DNA of 64,000 bases from Candidatus Omnitrophota bacterium. GTDB taxonomy: Bacteria > Omnitrophota > Gorgyraeia > Gygaellales > Profunditerraquicolaceae. The DNA lies in the NCBI GenBank assembly GCA_023819035.1, contig JAMWCL010000001.1, positions 2,226-66,225 of the forward strand, written 5' to 3'. The notes beneath the pieces are model-generated. The model was not told the origin of the DNA and ran no database searches. It worked only from the letters and a program-made list of their open reading frames with translations. A program made the position numbers and the translations under genes. This document shows, one piece after another, positions 20,011-31,028 of this stretch; position 1 is the first letter of the stretch; every line of letters starts with the position of its first letter.

Positions 20011-21114
20011 TTAGTTTAATTCCTTAAGGATAGCCAATAAATCTTGCGACATCTTTTCGGTAGAAAATTGCCTTGCCCTATTTAAGGCTCTCTGAATCAA
20101 ATCCTTTCTGAGCTCCTCATCGCTAAGCACCTCCTCCATTGCTCTGCGGAGTGCCTCACTGCTATAGGAATTTAAAAGGATACCACTATCACCGACTACC
20201 TCTGATAAAGCAGAAACATTAAAGGCAATAACCGGCAGACCACAGGCCATTGCTTCTAAAACCGGTAGACCAAATCCTTCATATAAAGAAGGAAAGACAA
20301 AAATACTGGCAGAATTGTAGATAAAGCCCAATTCTTCATCATTAACATAACCAGTAAATATAACCTTATCTTTAAGTCCTAAATTCCCAACCAATCTTAT
20401 GAGGTTTTGCTGATCTCTATCCTTCCTGCCTACAAGCACCAGTTTAAATTTATCCTTTAGATTTCCCGGAAGTCTATAATAAGCCTCGATCAAGGTCTTA
20501 ACATTCTTATGAGGCCGGAAGTTTCCCGTATATAAAATAAAACTTTCATCGATACCATATTTAGAAAGAACCTTCTTATCCAGATTATCCATTTTGTAAA
20601 ATCTCCTCTCATCAACCCCCAGCATAATTACCCTGATCTTATCAGGGCTTATCTTAAATACCTTAACTATATCATTTTTTGAATATTCAGAGATAGTAAC
20701 AATCACATCTGCCTTTTTAATTGCTATTTTTAACAATCCTTTAAAATATAAGAAGTTCTTTAGATTCTGATAGCCTTTAAATCTAAATGGGATAAGATCA
20801 TTAATAATTAAAACTAATCTTGCTTTACAAAGTAAAGGAGCCTTATAATAAGGGGTCAAGAAGATATCTACATTATGTTTTTTTAAATAAGCGGGCAGTT
20901 GTACCTGATCCCATAAAGGGGTTATATATTCAGGGATAGATACCTTCTTAATATAGGAAGCCTCGATAGGGGTTTGTGTCTTTTGATTGCAGAAAAGAAT
21001 AAATTCCCAGCCACTTTCATTAACTACCCGTGAGTTTAAAAAATTTATCAGGTACCTGGCGATCCCTGTTGGTTTTGCCTTCTCTAATTCCCGCGCATCA
21101 ATACCTACCCTCAT
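20011..21114 (-). CDS. Glycosyltransferase family 4.
   Basis: [19 protein letters not shown]. Confidence 0.8.
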   Translation of the reverse strand: MRVGIDARELEKAKPTGIARYLINFLNSRVVNESGWEFILFCNQKTQTPIEASYIKKVSIPEYITPLWDQVQLPAYLKKHNVDIFLTPYYKAPLLCKARLVLIINDLIPFRFKGYQNLKNFLYFKGLLKIAIKKADVIVTISEYSKNDIVKVFKISPDKIRVIMLGVDERRFYKMDNLDKKVLSKYGIDESFILYTGNFRPHKNVKTLIEAYYRLPGNLKDKFKLVLVGRKDRDQQNLIRLVGNLGLKDKVIFTGYVNDEELGFIYNSASIFVFPSLYEGFGLPVLEAMACGLPVIAFNVSALSEVVGDSGILLNSYSSEALRRAMEEVLSDEELRKDLIQRALNRARQFSTEKMSQDLLAILKELN

Positions 21115-22219
21115 AATCTTTTAACAAGACCTCTTCATACAATCTTTCTGTTAAGGTTACATTTTTTTCAATAGAAAACCTCTCTACTACCTTTTGTCGA
21201 CCAGCCAAACCCATTTTTTTTGCTTCTTCTTCATTGCTTAAAAGCTCTATCAATGCGCACGCCAGTGCCTGCGGATCTTCGGGTGGAACCAAAAGACCAT
21301 CTACCTTATGCTCGATTATCTCTAAATTTCCTCCTACGCGGGTAGCCACTACAGGTAATCCAGTAGACATTGCTTCTAAGATACTTCGGCTGAACCCTTC
21401 GCTTAATGAAGGTAGGCAAAAGATATCCATAATCTTAAGCAAATGCCAAACCTCCTCATAGAATCCCGTAAGAATAAAATGTTCGGTAATCCCTAACTTT
21501 TTTATTTTATCTATAAATTTCATTTTTAGGTTAATATCTCCTTCCCCTACCCACAGAAATTTAACCTCAGGAAAACCTTTAATCACCTCCTTGATAGCAT
21601 AAATTAATGTTTCATAACCTTTTCGGGGGGAAAATCTTCCTAAGGTTCCAATAACCTTCTGAGAAGGTTTAATGCCAAAATAATTCCTTAGATTGAAATC
21701 ATCCTTTCCTGGGCTAAATCTGTTAACATCGACGCCATTATAAATAAGTGCTAACCTATCCTTATTTAACCAAGCAAATCTTTTGGCTACGCTCTTTGAG
21801 ACCACAATTATCTTTTTACAGTGGTAGGCGATAAATCTATCTAACAGAATATCCACATAAGGAATACGCACATGCCAGATAAGGGGTATATTTAATACCT
21901 TATTGACCATACTTGCATATAAGCCAGCGCGGGATGTGTTAGCATGGATTAAATCAATTCTGTGGAGCCTAATAAACTTAAGTAATTTATTTATCGCGTT
22001 AAGAAAAATAAATGGATTTAAACTCTTTAAGGTAGGTAAAGGGATAATCCTGTAGATGATATTAAGCTTTTTGATCTGCTGGCTTAATCTGCCTTCTTCA
22101 GAAACTATCACATAGATATCAAACCTACTGCGATCTATCCTGCGTAATAATTCTATAAGACTTATCTGACCGCCTCCTAATAATCCTTTTGTGTGATCTA
22201 TATAAAGTATCCTATACAT
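21098..22219 (-). CDS. Glycosyltransferase family 4.
   Basis: EGFSRSILEAMSTGLPVVATRVGG. Confidence 0.8.
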   Translation of the reverse strand: MYRILYIDHTKGLLGGGQISLIELLRRIDRSRFDIYVIVSEEGRLSQQIKKLNIIYRIIPLPTLKSLNPFIFLNAINKLLKFIRLHRIDLIHANTSRAGLYASMVNKVLNIPLIWHVRIPYVDILLDRFIAYHCKKIIVVSKSVAKRFAWLNKDRLALIYNGVDVNRFSPGKDDFNLRNYFGIKPSQKVIGTLGRFSPRKGYETLIYAIKEVIKGFPEVKFLWVGEGDINLKMKFIDKIKKLGITEHFILTGFYEEVWHLLKIMDIFCLPSLSEGFSRSILEAMSTGLPVVATRVGGNLEIIEHKVDGLLVPPEDPQALACALIELLSNEEEAKKMGLAGRQKVVERFSIEKNVTLTERLYEEVLLKDYEGRY

Positions 22220-22994
22220 TTTGCTTTATGCTTTTATTTTGAAATTCCCAAAGTTTTGCATAAGTAATGAACAGCAGCAAACCAGAAGCAAAACTAATGA
22301 ATAATCCACGCCATCCGTCTTTATAACCTCTTAAAAAAATATACTTATACAATAATACAAAAATTGGTTTTATAAAAAAATAAATAAAAAAATTAAATCG
22401 GTTTAATCTTACTCCGTGCAGATAATATTGCTTGGCGATACCAAGGCTATAAAGATTTAACTTATCAATGTATTGCTCAAAGGAGGTGTAACTGTAATGT
22501 AAAAGGTGATTCTTCAGATAACCTACCCGCGTTTTATCAACTATCTTTGGTGTATCATCAATCACTATTGATATCGGCCATTGGGTTATACCTTTGCGAA
22601 ACAACCTTATTATATAATCAGGATACCAACCACATCCTCTTATCCATTTTCCCAAAAAGAAGTTTTTACGATTTATATAGTAACCTAGCATATCTTTGTT
22701 TTTTATAGCAGATCTTATTTCCATGGCTAACTCGGGACTAACTACCTCATCACCATCTAAACTTAAGATCCAATCTCCGCCTGCTTTCTCAATACCTAAA
22801 TTTTTATTTTTATGAAAATCCCCTTGACTGTCATGAATAAAGACTAAAGGAGTATAGAGTCTACAAATCTCAACCGTCTTATCAGAGCTTACATCATCTA
22901 CTATCACTATCTCATCAGCCCATTTGACTGATTCCAAGGTTCTTTTTATATTCTTCTCTTCATTCTTAACCGCAATCACTACCGATAATCTCAT
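22212..22994 (-). CDS. Glycosyltransferase family 2.
   Basis: LSVVIAVKNEEKNI...IVIVDDVSSDKT...DGDE; C-terminal hydrophobic segment. Confidence 0.75.
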   Translation of the reverse strand: MRLSVVIAVKNEEKNIKRTLESVKWADEIVIVDDVSSDKTVEICRLYTPLVFIHDSQGDFHKNKNLGIEKAGGDWILSLDGDEVVSPELAMEIRSAIKNKDMLGYYINRKNFFLGKWIRGCGWYPDYIIRLFRKGITQWPISIVIDDTPKIVDKTRVGYLKNHLLHYSYTSFEQYIDKLNLYSLGIAKQYYLHGVRLNRFNFFIYFFIKPIFVLLYKYIFLRGYKDGWRGLFISFASGLLLFITYAKLWEFQNKSIKQNV

Positions 22995-23056
22995 TTTTAG
23001 AATTTTATAAATTAATTTAAGATATCTTTGTCTTTAAAAATCCTTCCTTGCTTGTC

Positions 23057-24511
23057 CTAAAAAATCTTTAGCTTCTGCTTAAAAAACCTAAAATACCTAC
23101 CTATGATTATCCTTTCCTCATCATCAAAATATTTAATAATATAAAGAAGGATTAAATAAGCGATGCCAGCAAAAGGGACGATTACTATAAGATTAACCTT
23201 TAGATGTTCTAATAAAATAACTAATATACCCATCAAAATAGCAGAGAAAATTGACTTTAATATCATTGCTAGGGGAAGATATTTAAATTCTTTTTCTATC
23301 ACCATGTAAAAAATAATTGAAAAAAGAATCTCCGAAACTACAGTGGCAGAAGCTGCACCGATATAGCTATATTTAGGTATAAGCATAAGATTAAGTAAAA
23401 CATTAGTTATTACGGTAAAGGTAAGCATCTTGGCAATAAGCAACTGACGAGCAACCGAGGTAAGAAAGTAACCGATAAAACTGTTTAGAAAACTAAAAAT
23501 AATAATTGGAGAAAAGATCTTAAAGACAATTGCGGATTGTTGATAATGTGGACCGAAGATAAGATTAATTATCCTATCCGCAAGCAGAAAACACCCTAAA
23601 GAAAGGGGAATCCCCATAGCAATTATTACCTTAAATGATTTCTCATAAATTTTTTTTAACAGCGTAAAAGATTCTTTTGATAATCTTGACAAAAGTGGAA
23701 ATACCGCAGAAAGAAAGGCTCCCGAAAGAACCGCAAGGGTATAAAATAAATGATAACTAACACTATATCTTCCCGCTATCTCTTCGCCCTTCATCTTTCC
23801 CAACATCACGATATCAATATTAAAATAAACCATAGAAAGTAAAGCAACAATGGCTAAGATACTGCTTTCTTTTAATATATTTTTCCATAAAAAGAGATTT
23901 ATCTTATAATTCGGTCTAAAAAACCGCAAGTTAACTATAAGCATATTGGCTAAAAAAATTAATACCCCGCTAAAAAGATAAGCCAGACCTATACCGGTGA
24001 TCCCATACTTTTTAGAGATCAGGATAAAACATAACAAAAATAAAAATGCCTTTTCGGTTATATCAGATAATACCACATAGATCATCTTCTGGTATGCTTG
24101 AAAGACCGCTTTAAATAAACCTCCCATATTCTCAAAGAGTAAATAACCAGCCAATAGATAAACAATTAATCCTGTCTCATAAGGAACCCGGATAAGCTTT
24201 AAAGCAAAAATAATTATTGTAAAGGTAAAAACTGATAATAATCCCTTTAATATAACCGCATTTCCTATATATACATCCGCCCCTTCCCGGTTGCGTGCTA
24301 CCTCCCGGATACTTAAGGTAATTATTCCTAAGTCCGCAAATAATAAAAAAAGCCCCACAAAGCTAATGGCAAAACTTAATCTCCCAAAATCTACCGTTTC
24401 CAGATTACGGGCTAAATAAACTGTTAATAAAAAGGATATGAGCCTGGCAAAAACACGTTGGAATAAAAGCCAGAAGGTATTAATAAATACTTTGCTAAAA
24501 ATATCTTTCAT
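23057..24511 (-). CDS. wzx: Polysaccharide/O-antigen flippase (Wzx, MOP superfamily).
   Basis: 484-aa protein with about 12-14 transmembrane helices in the Polysacc_synt layout. Confidence 0.7.
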   Translation of the reverse strand: MKDIFSKVFINTFWLLFQRVFARLISFLLTVYLARNLETVDFGRLSFAISFVGLFLLFADLGIITLSIREVARNREGADVYIGNAVILKGLLSVFTFTIIIFALKLIRVPYETGLIVYLLAGYLLFENMGGLFKAVFQAYQKMIYVVLSDITEKAFLFLLCFILISKKYGITGIGLAYLFSGVLIFLANMLIVNLRFFRPNYKINLFLWKNILKESSILAIVALLSMVYFNIDIVMLGKMKGEEIAGRYSVSYHLFYTLAVLSGAFLSAVFPLLSRLSKESFTLLKKIYEKSFKVIIAMGIPLSLGCFLLADRIINLIFGPHYQQSAIVFKIFSPIIIFSFLNSFIGYFLTSVARQLLIAKMLTFTVITNVLLNLMLIPKYSYIGAASATVVSEILFSIIFYMVIEKEFKYLPLAMILKSIFSAILMGILVILLEHLKVNLIVIVPFAGIAYLILLYIIKYFDDEERIIIGRYFRFFKQKLKIF

Positions 24512-25534
24512 TTAAGCTATTTTATCTTTTATAAAAGAGATTAATTCCTTCATTCTCTGAACATAGGTATGCTCTAAATATGCCCGTTGCTGTCCACGCA
24601 TAGAGATCTCCTGTCGCTTCTGGGGATCTCTTAAATAAAAATTAATCAATTCTCTTAATTCATCCTTATCCTTAAAACAGACTATCTCTTGGTTTATCTT
24701 AAAGAAATCTTCCAGACCATTTACATAGTCGGTAAGTAAGAATGCACCGCAAGCAGTTACCTCAAAATCACGCATAATCGGACAGGTCTGTGGTGAATGA
24801 ATATTAAGCACTATCTTTGCAGCATTATAAACCTTAACCAGCTCTTTGCCCCAAACCTGCTGACCAGTAAATTTATTATACAAAGGAGAGTTTTTAGGAA
24901 TAGGCTCTTTTATAATCTTATAATCCTGCTTAAGATAATAGATAAATCTTGGTGCCCAAATCTTGATATCAAAATCCACCAACCACTCAAAAACCTTTGC
25001 CCTTTCTGGATTAACTGTACCAGAAAAGCAGATATCACTGCGGTATTGTTTTAATTGTCCTGGTGAGAGACTAATCTTTTTGTGGATATTGGGCATACAG
25101 CCGAAGGTAAGAAAAGCAACATTGGGACAGCCTGCATCTTTATGTACATTAACGCTATTTATATCATTGGTAAAAAAGAAGTCATAAAGAGGAGATAATT
25201 TACGAGAAATCTCAAGACGATAGGGATCATCTATCCAATAGTTTGCAAGAGGTATTTTAAATCTTTTCTTAATATATATAATGACATCTTTAGGAATTAT
25301 ATCTCCTTTTATCACTAATATTAACTTTGGCTTAAAGGAAAGGATTTTATGATAAAGCCTTTCTTTTATATAAAAATCTTCTAAACCTTCTAAGATGCCA
25401 AATCGTTGCCAGATTCTATGCTTAAAGTATTTAAAGTCATCTACTCTATAACCGATCTCTTCTAAGGCAAGCTTGCAATAATTGCCTAACTCAAATGCTG
25501 TTCTTGTCCAAGGAAGAATCAACAATATCCTCAT
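24512..25534 (-). CDS. CgeB-family (Glyco_trans_1_2) glycosyltransferase-like protein.
   Basis: C-terminal RDFEVTACGAFLLTD matches the CgeB/DUF3880-associated motif. Confidence 0.5.
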   Translation of the reverse strand: MRILLILPWTRTAFELGNYCKLALEEIGYRVDDFKYFKHRIWQRFGILEGLEDFYIKERLYHKILSFKPKLILVIKGDIIPKDVIIYIKKRFKIPLANYWIDDPYRLEISRKLSPLYDFFFTNDINSVNVHKDAGCPNVAFLTFGCMPNIHKKISLSPGQLKQYRSDICFSGTVNPERAKVFEWLVDFDIKIWAPRFIYYLKQDYKIIKEPIPKNSPLYNKFTGQQVWGKELVKVYNAAKIVLNIHSPQTCPIMRDFEVTACGAFLLTDYVNGLEDFFKINQEIVCFKDKDELRELINFYLRDPQKRQEISMRGQQRAYLEHTYVQRMKELISFIKDKIA

Positions 25535-25554
25535 TGCCTTTACTTCTGATTTTT

Positions 25555-26565
25555 TTAGATTTTTTTAGCTACAACACTTAAATTACCACCCAACTTAATT
25601 ATATCCATAAATCTTCCCAAGCCAAAAAAGATAAGATATTCTATATAATGAAAAAATACCTTCCCGGAAGAAAAACTAAAAGGCTTAAGCAAGGTAAAGT
25701 CAACTGGATTGAAATTATCTTCTCTAGATAAGATTGGTCTACAATTATATAACCCGAGATCACCTAAAAGATATCTTAAGCTTTCTGAATATTCAGCCAT
25801 ATATTTAGTATGTGTAGATATAAATTTAAATTCTATAGGAGAGAATTTACAGATTATTAAAATTTTTTCTAATGTGCGACGAGTGAAGTGATATAGATGT
25901 AAAGGAGCACTTATGCCTAACCATTTATCTCTAAAAATAAAAGAAGAAAATCCTCCAAAGTTAGGAACCTCAATAACAACAATCCCATCTTCTTTAAGTA
26001 TCAAATGGATCTTTCTTAAGGTCGCAACCGGATCTCTAAGATGTTCAAGACTGTGGATAAGACTAACTACATCAAAGAACTGCAAAGGATAACTGGCCTC
26101 TTCTATATCTCCACAAGAAATATCTAAACCAAATCTTTCTTTAGCAAACTGCACTGCTTTAGGGTTTAATTCTATCCCATAGGTCTGCCAACCCAAATCT
26201 TTCAAAAATTTTAAAAACAAACCATCCTTACAACCAACATCTAAGATTCTGCCGGATTTTTTATATTTCAAGATAGATCTTGCCTTAAGCTCCATCATAC
26301 TCTGATTAGGCGTTTCCCAAATAAAAGATTTTTTCATTTTGATATTATCGTATATCCGGCTTTGATATTCATTTAAATAATACCGAAAAAGTTCTTGTTT
26401 TATGGGACGGGGGTTAACATATACTAGACCACATGACTTACACTTTACAATCCTAAAGAACCCGCCTTTTTCATTAGTTCTATCTTTGGCAACAAAAAGA
26501 AGTTTTGAATTATCTTTACCACACAGATTACATCCTACAAATTCTTGAAAAGACTTTCTATTCAT
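25555..26565 (-). CDS. Class I SAM methyltransferase with Zn-ribbon (paralog 2).
   Basis: CNLCGKDNSKLLF...CKSCGLVYVNPRP; ILDVGCKDGLF SAM motif. Confidence 0.7.
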   Translation of the reverse strand: MNRKSFQEFVGCNLCGKDNSKLLFVAKDRTNEKGGFFRIVKCKSCGLVYVNPRPIKQELFRYYLNEYQSRIYDNIKMKKSFIWETPNQSMMELKARSILKYKKSGRILDVGCKDGLFLKFLKDLGWQTYGIELNPKAVQFAKERFGLDISCGDIEEASYPLQFFDVVSLIHSLEHLRDPVATLRKIHLILKEDGIVVIEVPNFGGFSSFIFRDKWLGISAPLHLYHFTRRTLEKILIICKFSPIEFKFISTHTKYMAEYSESLRYLLGDLGLYNCRPILSREDNFNPVDFTLLKPFSFSSGKVFFHYIEYLIFFGLGRFMDIIKLGGNLSVVAKKI

Positions 26566-27562
26566 CTATATCCTTCTTTGCGCATACATATAAATTATCT
26601 CCATTACCTATTATGTCCATTAAACCTGCTAATGGATACAATAGGATTGATTCTGCTTTATGTAATACCTTCTTTAGGAGGTCCTTAAGAATCTGTTTAT
26701 CGATTAATGCATAATTTTTAGAAGAGATTGATTTTAGAGAGACATCTCGGGCAGGATACAGGTGATGTTTTCTTAACCAGTAACGCAAACTTTGTGAATA
26801 ACCTGTAGTAATATCTAAATGATTTAAATTTGACATACTGAATAATGCAAGAATTTTAAAACCTGCCTTCTTTAACATTTTCTTTAAGTGATCTTTAGTA
26901 AACTGCATAAGATGACGAGGCACATCTAAAATATGCCAACTATCCTGAAAGAGAATCCTCTGAAAGCTTAAAAAATTAGGTACAGTAATCACTAATATTG
27001 CCTCATCTTTAAGCATATATCTTATTTTTAATAGAATAGAAAGCGGATCATATAAGTGTTCTAAGACCTCAAACATACAGATAATATCAAATAATTCCTT
27101 GCCAGGATTAAAATCAGCAATCGAACCTGTAAATACATCTATACCCAGAACCTCCCTGGCATAATTAGAGGCATACTCTGAGATCTCTACCCCAAATACA
27201 GAATAACCTTTTTCTTTTAAGAACTTAAGAAAAAAGCCTTCACCACAACCTATTTCTAATACCTTTCCTTTTTGCTTATATTTTGAGATTGGCTTATAGC
27301 GATTCTCTAAGATTTTTTTTAACTTAAAGTTATAGATATTACTCAGATTAACCTTGGCAGAAATGCGGGAGAAATATTTAGGTGGATAAAATACCTGGAT
27401 GGCTTGAATGGTTGGCCGGGGATTGACATAGACAAATCCACAAAGATTACACTTTACTACCCTAAAAAACCCATCGATATCCCAAATGATATCTCTGGCA
27501 ATATATACTAACTGCGTATCATCTGCTCCGCATAGATAACAATTTATATATTCTGTCTCCAT
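26558..27562 (-). CDS. Class I SAM methyltransferase with Zn-ribbon (paralog 3, tandem duplicate).
   Basis: CYLCGADDTQLVY...CNLCGFVYVNPRP; VLEIGCGEGFF. Overlaps paralog 2 by 8 nt. Confidence 0.7.
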   Translation of the reverse strand: METEYINCYLCGADDTQLVYIARDIIWDIDGFFRVVKCNLCGFVYVNPRPTIQAIQVFYPPKYFSRISAKVNLSNIYNFKLKKILENRYKPISKYKQKGKVLEIGCGEGFFLKFLKEKGYSVFGVEISEYASNYAREVLGIDVFTGSIADFNPGKELFDIICMFEVLEHLYDPLSILLKIRYMLKDEAILVITVPNFLSFQRILFQDSWHILDVPRHLMQFTKDHLKKMLKKAGFKILALFSMSNLNHLDITTGYSQSLRYWLRKHHLYPARDVSLKSISSKNYALIDKQILKDLLKKVLHKAESILLYPLAGLMDIIGNGDNLYVCAKKDIDE

Positions 27563-27592
27563 AAGATTAATGCTTTCAGATTAATAACTTCT

Positions 27593-28936
27593 TTAGCTAT
27601 AGAAATCTGAGAGCCTTACTACCATGGCAGTTAAAAACCAAAATGGCTCCATAATTCTAATAATGATAAAGGTCTCTGCAGATAAACCATGCACCAGAAG
27701 ACCTACCAATCCTGCTAAAAAACCTGTAATAAGAGAAGTAGCAAACCTATCCTCTATATCTTTAAGATTGTTAAGGCAGTATTTAAATATTGTAAAGATA
27801 ACCCAAAAGAAACCCAACATTCCTACGCTTCCTACCTCAAGCATTAAGCGTGCATATTGATTATCTAATATAGGAGATGGGCTTCCTATACCGTAACCCA
27901 GGATTGGCTCCTTAACCCATCTTTTTAAAGCAGCCTTAAATACCTCAATACGGGCAGCTGCAGATTCCTCAAGATTTATTGCCTTTCCCAATATTACAAA
28001 ATGCCTTCCAGGAAGGAAGGTATAATGTATGCGTGCAAAGAAATAACGCGGAAAGATAAAGGGAGAAAGCAATACTAATAATACAGAGATTAGGATAAGC
28101 ATCAATTTAGCGCGCCGGGTAAGCAAGATGAGGGTAATAAAAGCAGGGATAAACGCCAACCAAGAACCGCGTGAGAGGGTAAAGATTAAGGTGGGATAAC
28201 CTAAGAGCAATACCAATGATAAAAATAACCTCTCTTTTATTGAATCAGAATGTATGAAAAACGAGGTAGCAAGCATAAGGATAAAGACTAAATAGCCACC
28301 TAAGGTATTTGCCTCGCCTTTATCTCCCTCAAACGGCGCGGTGACCCTTTCTACACCTTTTAAATGCATAATAAAGCCATATAAACTGATAAGCAGAGAA
28401 ACTACAAGGATATAGAAAATAAACGCCTTCATCTGTTTTTTATCCTTAAGATGATTTGTTACCATAAAGAAAAGTAGATAATACTCAAAATATTTTAAAA
28501 GGTAAAATATACTTATGTTTAGTTTAGCATAACCCCTTAATACCCCAAGCAGAGTAGCCACTAAAGAAATAAAGATATACACTAACAATGGTCGATTAAG
28601 GGGATTTGTCTTTAATAGCCCCATTTCCTTATTAACTGCTAATCTTGCCAGCCAACCAAAAAAGACCACAAATAAAAACACATCATCCATCCGTAAGACT
28701 ACCTCCCTGCCACCGGCCATTCCTAATTTTATCTCAGGAGAAAGAAATATGGAAAATATTAAGAATAAGAAGGCAAAATCCGTATAGGCAAAGGAGATTA
28801 AAAAGATAAAAAAGGAAAAGGCTAAAAGAAGAAAAAAGGTCTTAGGTAAACCTAAGACACTTAAGCTTAATAGGATGGTAAGTAAAACTCCTAAGATAAC
28901 ATTTAAAAAGTTTACCTGTGCATTATCTCTATACAT
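27593..28936 (-). CDS. O-antigen ligase / polymerase family membrane protein (Wzy_C).
   Basis: 447-aa polytopic membrane protein with a large periplasmic loop, as in the O-antigen ligase family. Confidence 0.6.
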   Translation of the reverse strand: MYRDNAQVNFLNVILGVLLTILLSLSVLGLPKTFFLLLAFSFFIFLISFAYTDFAFLFLIFSIFLSPEIKLGMAGGREVVLRMDDVFLFVVFFGWLARLAVNKEMGLLKTNPLNRPLLVYIFISLVATLLGVLRGYAKLNISIFYLLKYFEYYLLFFMVTNHLKDKKQMKAFIFYILVVSLLISLYGFIMHLKGVERVTAPFEGDKGEANTLGGYLVFILMLATSFFIHSDSIKERLFLSLVLLLGYPTLIFTLSRGSWLAFIPAFITLILLTRRAKLMLILISVLLVLLSPFIFPRYFFARIHYTFLPGRHFVILGKAINLEESAAARIEVFKAALKRWVKEPILGYGIGSPSPILDNQYARLMLEVGSVGMLGFFWVIFTIFKYCLNNLKDIEDRFATSLITGFLAGLVGLLVHGLSAETFIIIRIMEPFWFLTAMVVRLSDFYS

Positions 28937-28947
28937 CTAATAAAATT

Positions 28948-28970
28948 AAGGGGGCATAATCAGCCCCTTT
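28948..28970 (-). terminator. GC-rich hairpin with U-rich tail between wzc and the ligase gene. Possible intrinsic terminator or attenuator.
   Basis: aagggggc-ataatca-gccccttt forms an 8-bp stem. On the minus strand it is followed by AAUUUUAUUA. The stem is conspicuous in an AT-rich genome. Confidence 0.35.
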
Positions 28971-29008
28971 AATCTTAAGGAAGTAAATCCCATTAAAATC
29001 TTTTAGTT

Positions 29009-30910
29009 TTATGTATCCTTTTCTTCAGATTCTTTACCGTAGTATTTATACTTATAGTAATAGTAAGGATAAGAGGTCAATGCTTCGGTCTGCGGTCGAA
29101 TATTATTTAAGACGATACCAGTGATTTTAGCTCCCGCTGATTCCAATTGCGCCTTAGTCCGCAGAAGGGCATCCCTACTTGTTCTTCCAATCTCATATAC
29201 GATAAGGGTGGAATCTACTTTGGATGCCAGGATGCTTGCATCGGTCACCGCAAGTACAGGAGGAGAATCAAAAAGAATTACCTCAAATTTAAACCTTAGT
29301 TGCTCAATTAACATCTCTAACCTCTCCGACTCTAAGAATTCCACAGGATTAAGAGGTATCTGACCAGAAGGAATAATCCAGATATTTTCTATCCCCGGGG
29401 TCTTACTTATCTCCGCAAATCCAATCTCACCTAATATAATATCCGTAAAACCCTTTAAAATCTCCTCTAAACCTGCGGTTGCCATAATGTATTCGCTTAG
29501 ACCAGGCGTCTTCTTTATACCAAAAATCTTAGCCAGATTAGGCCTTCTTAAGTCTGTGGAGACTAAAACCGTCTTTAAACCCGATTGTGCTATAACTATT
29601 CCTAAATTAGAAACCAGACAGGTCTTTCCTTCCGAGGGACAGGAGCTAGTAATCAATACGGTTTTCTTAGAAGCATCGAGTTTAAGATTAACATAAATAT
29701 TGCGAAAGGATTCAGCTGCCGAAGAGGTCGGTTTATAGTGAGCAATTAAACCAACCTTTCTTTTTTCTGTATCGCTTCTCTTTTTTGGGATCAGTGTTTC
29801 TTTTATTCTTTGAAAGGGCTTAGACTTCTTCTCTGATTCTTCTTCAATAGAAGGAATCACTCCAACCACTGGAAGCTTAAGTAAAGATTCCACATCTTGA
29901 ATAGTGCCGATTGAGGTATCTAAGTTTTCTTTTAAGAAAGCAAAGCCTATTCCTAAGATTATCCCCAGAATTGCCCCAATTAATATCCCCGTCTGTTTAT
30001 TTACCGAAACAGAAGAGGTGGGTAAAACCGCAGGGTTAACAATAGCAACATCACCTACCCTCTCTGCTTCTGTAATGCGCGCCTCTTCTAATTTCTCTTT
30101 TAACATTGCATATAATTTACGACTAACCTCTACCTCCCGGTTTAAGCGTGCGTATTCCAACTGCTGTCCTGAAAACCCGCTCATTTGTTTTTCCATCTCT
30201 TCGATCTGACTCCTTAATTGTTTTACCCGGGGATGTTTTTCCGTATACTTACGCAAGGCATCCGCTAATTCAAACTGGAGCTCTACCATCTTCTTTTCAA
30301 TCGGTTCGGCTAACTTTATATTTTTTACCTCCTCTCCAAATTCTTTTAATCTCTCCTCGGACTGTCTTAATCTTTCCTCCAATGAAGCTAACTGTTCTTC
30401 AATAAACTGCCGGGCCTGTCTGAATTGTTTATTCTTTTCCGCTAAGTTATACTGCTCATAAGCCTCAGATACAGCCTTAGCCAACAACATCGCTTCCTGG
30501 GCAGTATCTGCTGAGGCAGTAATCCGAATCATATTACTGTTGCCAACCCGCTCAGTGGTAATGCTGGCTTCTAACTGAGCGATTGCCTTGCTGATCTCTT
30601 CACTATCTGAGTTCTTATCGATTAGATTGATACGTAAAGCCACATCCTTTAAAACATCATAACTTTTAATCGCTTTAAGGTGTGATTCCATAATATCTGC
30701 AGGGTTATAAAGTATCCATTCCGTGAGTAAACCCGCGATGGTCTTACGCTCTTCTATTTTGATTACTGCACTGGCTTGATAAAATACCGGTTGTAAAGAT
30801 ACATAAATTATACTAATCAGAATAACCGCAACAAAGGTCATTACGATGACAACCCGTTGCTTGCGAAAAATGCGAAGATAATCACTAAAATTTAATTCGT
30901 ATTGAGCCAC
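29009..30910 (-). CDS. wzc: Polysaccharide co-polymerase with bacterial tyrosine (BY) autokinase domain (Wzc-like).
   Basis: Wzz-type N-terminal transmembrane/coiled-coil region. P-loop SSCPSEGKTCLVSNLG. C-terminal tyrosine cluster YPYYYYKYKYY. Confidence 0.8.
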   Translation of the reverse strand: MAQYELNFSDYLRIFRKQRVVIVMTFVAVILISIIYVSLQPVFYQASAVIKIEERKTIAGLLTEWILYNPADIMESHLKAIKSYDVLKDVALRINLIDKNSDSEEISKAIAQLEASITTERVGNSNMIRITASADTAQEAMLLAKAVSEAYEQYNLAEKNKQFRQARQFIEEQLASLEERLRQSEERLKEFGEEVKNIKLAEPIEKKMVELQFELADALRKYTEKHPRVKQLRSQIEEMEKQMSGFSGQQLEYARLNREVEVSRKLYAMLKEKLEEARITEAERVGDVAIVNPAVLPTSSVSVNKQTGILIGAILGIILGIGFAFLKENLDTSIGTIQDVESLLKLPVVGVIPSIEEESEKKSKPFQRIKETLIPKKRSDTEKRKVGLIAHYKPTSSAAESFRNIYVNLKLDASKKTVLITSSCPSEGKTCLVSNLGIVIAQSGLKTVLVSTDLRRPNLAKIFGIKKTPGLSEYIMATAGLEEILKGFTDIILGEIGFAEISKTPGIENIWIIPSGQIPLNPVEFLESERLEMLIEQLRFKFEVILFDSPPVLAVTDASILASKVDSTLIVYEIGRTSRDALLRTKAQLESAGAKITGIVLNNIRPQTEALTSYPYYYYKYKYYGKESEEKDT

Positions 30911-31028
30911 CTTTTACCCCTTTTGTTTTTTAAAATACCATAGGATAGATAGATTATCAAGTATTTTTTCGATTAAATCCTGGCTTGACAGGGGATTTTT
31001 TTCTGTTAGACTAAAGATAAAAAGCTTC

